This document shows positions 24,849 to 32,000 of a stretch of DNA of 32,000 nucleotides, piece by piece (within the stretch, counting starts at the first letter, position 1; each line of letters begins with the position of its first letter). The notes under the pieces were generated by a model. It was not told the origin of the DNA. It did not search any database and saw nothing but the letters and a program-made list of their open reading frames with translations. Origin of the DNA: Thermodesulfobacterium commune DSM 2178 (GTDB lineage Bacteria > Desulfobacterota > Thermodesulfobacteria > Thermodesulfobacteriales > Thermodesulfobacteriaceae). The position numbers and the translations under genes are program-made. Location: assembly GCF_000734015.1 (NCBI RefSeq), contig NZ_CP008796.1, positions 420,001 to 452,000 of the forward strand, read 5' to 3'.

Positions 24849-25610
24849 ATGGTAAGAAGGTTAATCTGGGTGTTGGGTTTTTGTTTGTTTCTTACCGGAT
24901 GTGCTAAACCTCCTAAACCAGTAGTTTTTCATGATGAATACAGTCACCCACCCCCCTCTTCAACCCTACCAGGCTGGTTAAAACCTTATACCATTAATGG
25001 TAAAACTTACTACCCTTTGCCTTCGGCAAAGGGATATGAAGAAGTTTGTTTGGCTTCCTGGTATGGACCAGGTTTTCATGGTGAGTTTGCCGCAAGTGGA
25101 GAAATATACAACATGTATGATTATACCGCAGCCCATAAGATACTCCCTATGGGAACCTATCTTCTGGTCACCAACCTTGAAAACGGAAAGCAGGTAGTGG
25201 TAAGGGTTAATGATAGAGGTCCTTTTGTAGGAGAAAGATGTCTTGACCTTAGTTATGCTGCAGCTAAAGAGTTGGGACTTATCGGTAAAGGAACAGCTAA
25301 GGTTAAAATCGTGGCTCTGGGAGAAGGAGAAATCAAGGACGATCAAATGGTATATACTTCTATTCCTGATTTTAATAAAGGAGAGTTTTATCTTCAGGTA
25401 GGATCTTTTAAACAAAGAGAAAATGCCTTACAATTTAAGAGACAATTAGAAAAAGAGTCCTTTAAGGTGGAGATAGAACCTTTTATTAAAGGAGACTGTA
25501 TCTTCTATAGGGTGCAGGTTTATTTAGGCAATGATTTACAACAGGCCTTAGCTCTTTCACAGACGCTAAAAAAACAAAGGTTTAAGCATGCCTTTTTGGT
25601 TGCTCGGTGA
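24849..25610 (+). CDS. rlpA: RlpA-family septal lytic transglycosylase lipoprotein (DPBB + SPOR domains)
   Basis: Lipobox LTGC, DPBB core (ASWYG..FHG..TASGE.Y, VRVNDRGPF), and a C-terminal SPOR-like repeat (YLQVGSFKQRENA). Confidence 0.85.
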   Translation: MVRRLIWVLGFCLFLTGCAKPPKPVVFHDEYSHPPPSSTLPGWLKPYTINGKTYYPLPSAKGYEEVCLASWYGPGFHGEFAASGEIYNMYDYTAAHKILPMGTYLLVTNLENGKQVVVRVNDRGPFVGERCLDLSYAAAKELGLIGKGTAKVKIVALGEGEIKDDQMVYTSIPDFNKGEFYLQVGSFKQRENALQFKRQLEKESFKVEIEPFIKGDCIFYRVQVYLGNDLQQALALSQTLKKQRFKHAFLVAR

Positions 25611-25622
25611 TGGTGTTAATCT

Positions 25623-26345
25623 ATGGAAAAAGATTTAGAAGAACTGGAAAAAATAATAGAATTTCAATTTCGTAATAAAGAACTTTTAAAGACTGCTTTA
25701 ACCCATAGGTCTTACAAGATAAGTCATAAAGAATTAGTTTTAGAAGATAACGAAAGACTTGAGTTTTTGGGAGATGCTGTGTTAAATCTTTGCATTTCTC
25801 AGTGGATTTTTCATAAATACCAAAAAGATCAGGAAGGTGTACTTACTAAAAAAAGGGCATACCTTGTGTGTAAGGCAACCTTGATAAAGGTAGCCAAAAA
25901 ATTAAATCTTTTAGACTACCTTTATTTAGGTAAAAGGGAGCAACACCTCGACTTAAAAAGCAAAGAGAATATAGCTGCTAGAGCTTTAGAAGCCCTTATA
26001 GGGGCTATCTTTTTAGAAAGTGGGCTTGAAGTTGCCTGTGAAAAGGTTAAAACATGGTTTAAACCTTATTTATTAAGGTTACCAAAGACTATAGGATATG
26101 ATTACAAAACAGAACTACAGGAGTTTTTACAAAGTAAGTATCACGAAAGACCTGAATATGAAGTAGTTTCTGTTTCTGGACCTCCTCATAACCCTAAGTT
26201 TGAGGTGGTGGTAAAAATAAATGGACAAATCTTAGGTAAAGGCAAGGGCCCTTCGAAAAAAGAAGCAGAAAATCTTGCAGCCAAAAAAGCTTTAAAACAA
26301 TTGAAGACAGAAGAAAAGGAGGAGTATATAAAAGGTGGAGCTTAG
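25623..26345 (+). CDS. rnc: Ribonuclease III
   Basis: Signature ERLEFLGDAVL, catalytic ALEALIGAIF, and a C-terminal dsRBD (PKFEVVVKINGQILGKGKGPSKKEAENLAAKKAL). Confidence 0.92.
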   Translation: MEKDLEELEKIIEFQFRNKELLKTALTHRSYKISHKELVLEDNERLEFLGDAVLNLCISQWIFHKYQKDQEGVLTKKRAYLVCKATLIKVAKKLNLLDYLYLGKREQHLDLKSKENIAARALEALIGAIFLESGLEVACEKVKTWFKPYLLRLPKTIGYDYKTELQEFLQSKYHERPEYEVVSVSGPPHNPKFEVVVKINGQILGKGKGPSKKEAENLAAKKALKQLKTEEKEEYIKGGA

Positions 26346-26688
26346 AGGGCATCATCTAATTTGTTTACAATTCTACAAAGGTTTAGGATATAATGAAGCT
26401 TTTGTAGAAAACCTAAACAAGGTGGTTGAGGCTTGGGAAAAATCTCCTGTGGTTATCGTTGAAGGCCCTGACGTGGTTTGTAAAGCCTGCCCTTATCTTG
26501 AAGGCCAAGTTTGTAAACTTAGTGATAAGATACCTCAAAAAGATCGTTTAGCCTTAGAGCTTCTTAACTTAAAACCAGGTTTTTTGATAGAAAAAGCAGA
26601 GGTAAAAACCAAGCTTTCTAAGGTTTGGGATGAATGGAAACATAAAGCTTGTATAGACTGTTTGTGGAAAGAGGTTTGTTTTAAATAG
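26335..26688 (+). CDS. DUF1284-family cysteine-rich protein
   Basis: LRGHHLICLQFYKGLGY start, VCKACP, and CIDCLWKEVC, matching my recollection of DUF1284. GTG start overlapping the rnc stop by 11 nt. Confidence 0.65.
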   Translation: MELRGHHLICLQFYKGLGYNEAFVENLNKVVEAWEKSPVVIVEGPDVVCKACPYLEGQVCKLSDKIPQKDRLALELLNLKPGFLIEKAEVKTKLSKVWDEWKHKACIDCLWKEVCFK

Positions 26689-26717
26689 AAAAATTTTAAA
26701 TACCGAGGTGTTTACAT

Positions 26718-27650
26718 ATGAGTGTAGAAACTAAAAGTTTTGAGGAAACAAAAGAGTCTAAAACCAGATCTGGGTTTGTGGCTATCGTGGGGTTCCCTAA
26801 TGTTGGAAAATCAACTTTATTAAATCATATAATAGGCACTAAGGTCTCTATCGTAAGTCCAAAACCGCAAACTACCAGGTTTAACATAAGAGGTGTTCTT
26901 ACCCAAGATAACTATCAAATAGTTTTCATAGATACTCCAGGGATCCATGACGCAAAGTCTCTTTTTAATAAAATGATGGTAGAAGAAGCTTTAGAGGCTT
27001 TAGAAGAAGTAGATATCATTTTATGGGTAGTAGATGTGACCCATAGATTACCTGAAGAAGAACGACTTTTAGACATCATCAAAAAAGCCAACAAGCCTAC
27101 CATCTTGGTTTTAAATAAAATAGATCTTATCAAAAAAAGCGAACTTCTTCCTATGATAGACTATTTTTCTAAACTACACGACTTTAAGGCCATCATCCCA
27201 GTTTCTGCTTTGAAAAATGATGGAATCGAAAGGATCATCGATGAGTTGGTGAAACTCTTGCCAGAAGGTCCTTTTTATTATGAACCAGAAAGGGTTACCG
27301 ATTTACCTTTAAGTCTTCTGGTGGCAGAGATAATTAGAGAAAAAATTTTCCAACTAACCTATCAGGAAATACCCTATAGTACCGCGGTTAAAGTGGAACA
27401 GATAAAGAAAGACGAAGAAAAAAACTTGCTTTATATCCAGGCAACGATATTTATCGAAAGAGATTCTCAAAAAGGTATCATCATAGGGAAACAAGGCCAG
27501 ATGTTGAAAAAGATAGGCACCCTTGCAAGAGAAGAATTAGAGTTCCTTTTAGGAAAGAGGATATACTTAGACCTTTGGGTAAAAACACTAAAAGACTGGA
27601 GAGAGAAAGAAGCTCATATCAGAAACTTAGCCATCCCTTTTAGGGAGTAA
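26718..27650 (+). CDS. era: GTPase Era
   Basis: G1 GFPNVGKST, G3 DTPG, G4 NKID, and a C-terminal KH domain (GIIIGKQGQMLKKIG). SD GAGGTG. Confidence 0.92.
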   Translation: MSVETKSFEETKESKTRSGFVAIVGFPNVGKSTLLNHIIGTKVSIVSPKPQTTRFNIRGVLTQDNYQIVFIDTPGIHDAKSLFNKMMVEEALEALEEVDIILWVVDVTHRLPEEERLLDIIKKANKPTILVLNKIDLIKKSELLPMIDYFSKLHDFKAIIPVSALKNDGIERIIDELVKLLPEGPFYYEPERVTDLPLSLLVAEIIREKIFQLTYQEIPYSTAVKVEQIKKDEEKNLLYIQATIFIERDSQKGIIIGKQGQMLKKIGTLAREELEFLLGKRIYLDLWVKTLKDWREKEAHIRNLAIPFRE

Positions 27651-27652
27651 TC

Positions 27653-29605
27653 TTAGGCTTTTTTAAGCTCAGATAGATAGATTTCTTCCATTTTGTTTAA
27701 TAAATCTCTTAATTTTTGGCTATTTTGTTCAAGCTCTTGTTCTAAAACTTTAACTTTTTCCGTTTGTCTGGAATCATAAGCTAAAATAAGTTCTTTAGCT
27801 AATAGGTGACAACGTTTATGAACCTCTTCAAACTCCTTAAATACAGGTATATTTCTGAATTTAGCCCCTTCCTCCCCATAATACCATTTATTTATACCAC
27901 AGCTTTCGTAGTTTCCTATGAGTTCAGGGTTGAGTTTATCCCAACCTTTTAGATGAGACTTAACTCTTAAAAACATCCTTTCATGGTCTCCTTTAAAGAT
28001 GTCAAAAAGGCTTTCTTTTAATTTTTGAGTAACCACTGAGGTTGCGGTATGCCTTAGATCAGATGAAATCAAAATTAGGTGATAGATAGATTGTCCTAAC
28101 TTTTCTATAAAACCATCTATTTCAGACGAAAGTTTGGCTACTTTTTCGACGTTTTTACTGATTTCTTCACTGGCAACAGACTGTTGTTCTGTGGCAGCAG
28201 CGATTTGAGAGATAGCATCTTTAACGTTTTGAGAAGAGGTTACGATTTGGTTTAAGACCTGTTTTACCTTTTCTAAAGAGGCTAAGGCATTATCCACCTC
28301 TTTAGCGGTAGTTTCCATCTTGGTAAAGGCTTGGTGAGTATCTTGCTGGATGTTACCTATTTTTTCTGCGATTTCTTGGGTAGCCTTTAATGTTCTATCA
28401 GCTAACTTTCTTATCTCATCAGCTACCACCGCAAAACCTTTTCCATGCTCCCCAGCACGCGCCGCCTCGATCGTTGCGTTAAGTGCAAGGAGGTTCGTTT
28501 GGTCTGCTATATCTTTTATCAGTTGGACGATGTAATCGATTTCTTCAGCCCTTTGATTTAAGCTATCCATCACCTGCTTTAGGGCCATAGTTTCCTGATT
28601 AGCTTTTAAAACAATCCTACCTGATTCTTCTGAAAGGGTTTGGGCTTCAAAGGCAACCTCTATGTTTTGAGAGGCTAAGTCTGACACAGAAGTTGCATTT
28701 TTAGCGATGTCTCCGATGGTAGCTGTCATTTCCTCAATAGCTGCCGCTATTTGGGAGGCTTGAGTTGCTAACTGTTTTGTATTCTCAGAGGTTTTATCTA
28801 CATATTTAAAGTTTTCGTCTGTTGCCTCAGCTAAGCGATGAGAATAGGAAAGTGATTTTTCGTTAAGTTCGATAAAAGCGGTAAGTAGCTTGTGAATGCT
28901 TCTTGCTACCCTTCCGGTGATGTCTTTATAGTCTATATAAGGCACTTTTACCGTTAGATCCCCCTCAGCCATTTTTTGTAACACCAAGGCTAAACGGTCT
29001 AAAGGTTTATGGGAGACAATGTAAGCTATATAAACCGCTAAGAAGCCTCCTATGATTCCTAAAAACCCAAGCACTCCGTAAGTGATTTGAGTTTTAGTGA
29101 TGATAGAAAAGATATCATTATACGGGAGGGTTAACACCAGAGCTCCTAAAACCTCCCCTTCGTTTACCTTGTGGCAACTTAAGCATCTGTTTTCAGCTTT
29201 AAGAGGATAAATTCCTTTTAAAACATCTTTTTCTTTGATGAAAAGTTGTTTACCAGCTAACACGGCTTCTTTCTCTTTTGACAGTAAATCAAAAGATTCT
29301 TCTTTATTCTCTCCAAATTGAGCCTCAAGCTTGGGACTTCTTAAGACTTTCACGTTACCAAGGGAAGATATATAGTAATTTTTTAGTTCTTTGTAGTTAG
29401 GGTTTGCCATGTCCTTGATTAAGGCTTCTTTTACAGCTTTAGCATAATGGGGGAAGGTTTTGGTTTTAGCTTGATGAAGATTTATATAATATAAACTATA
29501 ACTGGTTACAAAAACAGTAATTTCAATTCCTATAAAAAGAACTAAAACCAAAGGTATGGTAAGCTTCCACCTTAACCTTAGGTTCTTGTTTAAACTATCA
29601 AACAT
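27653..29605 (-). CDS. Methyl-accepting chemotaxis protein: TM - periplasmic CxxCH domain - TM - HAMP - MA signalling domain - C-terminal CZB zinc-binding domain
   Basis: Two TM helices flank a roughly 130-aa periplasmic region carrying CLSCH (codons at 29171-29185). HAMP follows (PLDRL...DLTV). The highly conserved MCP hairpin is present ([36 protein letters not shown]). The CZB-like tail is DHERMF-x24-CGINKW-x21-HKRCH (about 27806-27985). Confidence 0.9.
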   Translation of the reverse strand: MFDSLNKNLRLRWKLTIPLVLVLFIGIEITVFVTSYSLYYINLHQAKTKTFPHYAKAVKEALIKDMANPNYKELKNYYISSLGNVKVLRSPKLEAQFGENKEESFDLLSKEKEAVLAGKQLFIKEKDVLKGIYPLKAENRCLSCHKVNEGEVLGALVLTLPYNDIFSIITKTQITYGVLGFLGIIGGFLAVYIAYIVSHKPLDRLALVLQKMAEGDLTVKVPYIDYKDITGRVARSIHKLLTAFIELNEKSLSYSHRLAEATDENFKYVDKTSENTKQLATQASQIAAAIEEMTATIGDIAKNATSVSDLASQNIEVAFEAQTLSEESGRIVLKANQETMALKQVMDSLNQRAEEIDYIVQLIKDIADQTNLLALNATIEAARAGEHGKGFAVVADEIRKLADRTLKATQEIAEKIGNIQQDTHQAFTKMETTAKEVDNALASLEKVKQVLNQIVTSSQNVKDAISQIAAATEQQSVASEEISKNVEKVAKLSSEIDGFIEKLGQSIYHLILISSDLRHTATSVVTQKLKESLFDIFKGDHERMFLRVKSHLKGWDKLNPELIGNYESCGINKWYYGEEGAKFRNIPVFKEFEEVHKRCHLLAKELILAYDSRQTEKVKVLEQELEQNSQKLRDLLNKMEEIYLSELKKA

Positions 29606-29760
29606 CCTGTTACCTCCTAACTTTTAAAAGTTACTAAAAAGTTTTTATATTTTTTAATATTTAAAAAATGATAAAAGTCAAGAGAAATTTGTTTGAAAAA
29701 AGAGAAAAGTTTTGAGAACTTCATAAAAACAAAAAAAGAGGCAGTTAAGAAAGATTAGTT

Positions 29761-30216
29761 TTACGGTTTTTTGCAGTCCTTGCAAACACCATAGGCTTGA
29801 ATTTCTAAGGTTTCAACCTTAAAGTCAAAGTCTTGTTCTATCTTTTGGGTTAAATCCTTTAAAACCTGATATTCCTCAGAAGGCGGGTAGTTAATAATTT
29901 TACCACAAACTTTGCATATAAGATGATGATGGTCTCTTTCTTCCTGTTTTATGAATTCAAAACGGGCTTTACCTTCTTGAAAGTCTAATTTTTTTATTAT
30001 GCCAAGCTGGGTGAGAAGTTCTAAAGTTCGGTATACAGTAGCCAGACCTATACCAGGTAATACTTCTTTTAGCTTCCAGAAAATTTCTTCGGCTGTAAGA
30101 TGGCCTTCTGTTTGACTGAGAAGTTTAATTAAGGCTTCTCTTGCCTGAGTTTTTCTTAAACCACATTCTTTAAACCCATGTTTTTTCCAACACCATCCAC
30201 CATGTCTCATAATCAT
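29761..30216 (-). CDS. Fur-family metalloregulator (Fur/Zur/PerR type not resolved)
   Basis: Winged-helix N-domain (GLRKTQAREALIKLL), HHHLICKVCG and CKDC structural-zinc cysteines. An unusual Cys/His/Trp-rich N-terminal extension of about 12 aa (MIMRHGGWCWKKHG). No SD upstream. Confidence 0.85.
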   Translation of the reverse strand: MIMRHGGWCWKKHGFKECGLRKTQAREALIKLLSQTEGHLTAEEIFWKLKEVLPGIGLATVYRTLELLTQLGIIKKLDFQEGKARFEFIKQEERDHHHLICKVCGKIINYPPSEEYQVLKDLTQKIEQDFDFKVETLEIQAYGVCKDCKKP

Positions 30217-30235
30217 TTAATTAAACAAAACTTTC

Positions 30236-30922
30236 TTAAAAATGCAACTCTATTTTCTGATATTCTTGATTAAGGAGATCTATGTATAAAAGTTTCTTGG
30301 AAAGAGGCTCTCCTTTGTTTAAGATTACCTTTAATACCTCACACACCTGAATCCCAGCTATCACAGCAGGAGAAAAAGAAGGGGTCCCTAATTCTTTTTC
30401 TATTCCTTCTTTATGATTTTTGTAGACCATAGATAAAGTTCTATCTCCTGGCAAAACGGTTGTAACCTGACCATACCATCCTGCTACCGCACCATGTATC
30501 AGAGGTATTTTTAGTTCTTCACACACACTTTCAAGAAGGATTCTATGGGGGATGCTATCAAGGGCATCCACCACTACCTCATGACCAGAAACCACCTCTT
30601 TTGCGTTTTTTTCCTCTATTCTGGTTAAAATAGGGTTTACTACTACATCAGGATTAACCTCTAAAATTCGTTCTTTAGCTACCAAAGCCTTTTTTTTCCC
30701 AAGAGTATTAACTGTACTAAAAAGCTGTCTATTTAGGTTGGTTTCTTCAAAGACCTCATCATCAACCACAGTTATCCATCCTATACCAAGTCTTGCAAGC
30801 ATTTCAACCACATATCCACCAAGGCCTCCACATCCAGCAACCAACACCTTAGTTTTTTTTAATCTTTCTTGATCCTCTAAGGAAAGCATTTTAAAGTTTC
30901 TTAAATATCTTTTTGCTATCAA
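30236..30922 (-). CDS. ThiF/MoeB/HesA-family E1-like adenylyltransferase (short form, no CxxC zinc pairs)
   Basis: Nucleotide-binding GCGGLGG, DDEVFEETNLNRQ, 228 aa. TTG start 7 nt after the GGAGGAGG that encodes the MoaD-like C-terminus. Confidence 0.8.
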   Translation of the reverse strand: MIAKRYLRNFKMLSLEDQERLKKTKVLVAGCGGLGGYVVEMLARLGIGWITVVDDEVFEETNLNRQLFSTVNTLGKKKALVAKERILEVNPDVVVNPILTRIEEKNAKEVVSGHEVVVDALDSIPHRILLESVCEELKIPLIHGAVAGWYGQVTTVLPGDRTLSMVYKNHKEGIEKELGTPSFSPAVIAGIQVCEVLKVILNKGEPLSKKLLYIDLLNQEYQKIELHF

Positions 30923-30925
30923 GGA

Positions 30926-31147
30926 TTAACCTCCTCCAACCGGTGGAAAAATGGCAATAACATCACCGTCAGAAAGCGGTTCGTCTAAGGAGTAATCTCT
31001 TCCGTTGACCAAAAATATGGCTACCTGTTTTTCTGGGATGTTAAGTTTTTCAAGGATAAATCTCCCGTTTATACCTGGAAAAAATTTAAAGTCAATTTCA
31101 TTTGCTCTTCCTTCTCTTAAGGTGGCAAAAAGTTTAACCTTTATCAT
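30926..31147 (-). CDS. MoaD/ThiS-family ubiquitin-like sulfur-carrier protein (C-terminal GG)
   Basis: 73 aa, MIKVKLFATL...GDVIAIFPPVGGG. The ATG at 31147 has an SD AGGAGG. The track's longer start (31210) would overlap the upstream gene and is rejected. Confidence 0.8.
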   Translation of the reverse strand: MIKVKLFATLREGRANEIDFKFFPGINGRFILEKLNIPEKQVAIFLVNGRDYSLDEPLSDGDVIAIFPPVGGG

Positions 31148-31166
31148 GTTTAAACCTCCTGCAATT

Positions 31167-32000
31167 TTAAGGACATAGGGCAAAACCTCTGCTCCACAAA
31201 CAGTCTCCACAGGAAGGCATCAAGGCATAACAATCGCACTCAGAGGTTTTTACCAGTTCACAGCCATCTACCAGATCACAATCGATACAAGAGGGGTATC
31301 TGTTTGCATAGATTCTATAGTAAAAATCTCTATATTGAGGACTTTGAAAAATTTCTTTTAAACTTTTTTCTCTTAAGTCTCCAAAGGGATGTTTGTATAT
31401 ACGTTTTTTCCTACCAAAAACGTATTCTGTCATGTTATGAGAAAACCGGTAGCAAGGATAAACCTTGCCGTCTGACCCTACTACCAAAGCTTTTTCCTCG
31501 ATAAAAGGACAATATCTTTCAGTCTTAAGCTCAACCTTAGGCAAAACCAATTTTAACCCACTCCTTAAAGCATAAAGTTTAACCTTTTCAAACAGATCCT
31601 TGAGTTCTTGGTTAAGGTACTTTTTATAGAGTATATTATCTTTATTGCTTTCTACCTGAGGCACAAGCTGAGAAATGATAAGTTGATAGGCTTTTATTTC
31701 ATCACAAAGGTCTATCATCTTAAGAAGTTCTTCTTGGTTTTCTTTGGATAACACAAATTCTACCAATAAAAAGGGGTATTCAGACCTGAGTTCTTGCTTA
31801 ATCTTATTTAGGTTTTTAAGGTTTTCTATCAGATGGGTTAAGGGATATCCTCGTATCTTTTCGTAAGCTTCAAAACTACCGTCGATAGAGACCACCAATT
31901 TTTTTATTTTAGTAGCAACTATTTCTAACAGGTCATCTTTTAACAGACTTCCGTTGGTAGTTAGCGTAAGATTAAACTTAGAAAACAGCTCGATCGTCTC
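31167..32000 (-). CDS. Radical SAM protein with C-terminal SPASM-type cysteine-rich domain (N-terminus beyond window edge)
   Basis: The frame stays open upstream of the track start to nt 32000 (...ETIELFSKFNLTLTTNGSLLKDD...VVSIDG, typical radical-SAM core strands). The C-terminus has many Cys (CPF...YPCY...CIDCDLVDGC...CDCYALMPSCGDCLWSRGFALC). Confidence 0.8.
   Translation of the reverse strand, partial: ETIELFSKFNLTLTTNGSLLKDDLLEIVATKIKKLVVSIDGSFEAYEKIRGYPLTHLIENLKNLNKIKQELRSEYPFLLVEFVLSKENQEELLKMIDLCDEIKAYQLIISQLVPQVESNKDNILYKKYLNQELKDLFEKVKLYALRSGLKLVLPKVELKTERYCPFIEEKALVVGSDGKVYPCYRFSHNMTEYVFGRKKRIYKHPFGDLREKSLKEIFQSPQYRDFYYRIYANRYPSCIDCDLVDGCELVKTSECDCYALMPSCGDCLWSRGFALCP

Noticed and set aside
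29618-29633. A perfect 16-nt palindrome, TAACTTTTAAAAGTTA, abuts the SD of the chemoreceptor gene. A 15/16 copy sits at 17395-17410 upstream of the DUF218 gene. I considered it as a possible shared operator, for example for the adjacent Fur-family regulator.
   Set aside because: It does not resemble Fur/Zur/PerR box consensus as I know it. With this base composition, about one 16-nt perfect palindrome per 32 kb is expected by chance (rough estimate), and AT-only repeats recur easily. It is worth a genome-wide motif count but is not supportable from this window.
1-32000. I searched by eye for CRISPR arrays, rRNA genes, integrases or recombinases, toxin-antitoxin pairs, restriction-modification genes or other defence genes, and sigma-54 -24/-12 promoters.
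   Set aside because: None was found. No regularly spaced repeats exist, no ORF has matching motifs, and the few TGGCA(C/T) strings lack a TTGC element at the correct spacing.

Overview
Mostly housekeeping chromosome from an AT-rich bacterium. Hand-counted 100-nt slices give about 37% GC in an ordinary gene (EAL) and about 51% in the por and adh genes. The tRNA stems are almost pure G:C. With a four-subunit 2-oxoacid:ferredoxin oxidoreductase, an Fe-ADH and a radical-SAM/MoaD/ThiF cluster, this suggests an anaerobic thermophile (inference only).

Supported content:
- Four tRNAs: Glu-UUC, Lys-UUU, Gly-GCC, Asp-GUC.
- porCDAB operon, argF, a SlyD-like FKBP, and two Dpp/Opp/Nik-type ABC ATPases with no permease or binding protein nearby.
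- A 376-bp AT-rich spacer followed by dnaA, with no dnaN after it.
- GlcD-like FAD oxidase, TtcA-like PP-loop ATPase, ZIP transporter, orphan sigma-54 response regulator, tsaD, gmhA, a DUF218 protein.
- A stand-alone EAL phosphodiesterase, an Fe-ADH, pgi, hemB, rlpA, rnc, DUF1284, era.
- A chemoreceptor, a Fur-family regulator, and a ThiF-like E1 / MoaD-like carrier / radical-SAM-SPASM cluster that runs off the right edge.

The only clearly accessory patch is about 18.4-21.7 kb. It holds a G/C-run-rich structured spacer, the Fe-ADH, a decayed IS256-family transposase fused to a 5'-truncated and frameshifted class II photolyase relic, and tRNA-Asp.

I found no CRISPR array, rRNA, integrase, intact mobile element or recognisable defence system.

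Most interesting observations:
- The radical-SAM/SPASM + ubiquitin-like carrier + E1 cluster.
- A chemoreceptor combining a periplasmic CxxCH domain with a C-terminal CZB zinc domain.
- A DnaA whose Walker B reads LLLEG instead of LLIDD, beside an origin-like spacer lacking canonical DnaA boxes.
- A pseudoknot-compatible GC-rich element between adh and the EAL gene.

All family assignments come from reading motifs in the supplied translations. No database search was run.
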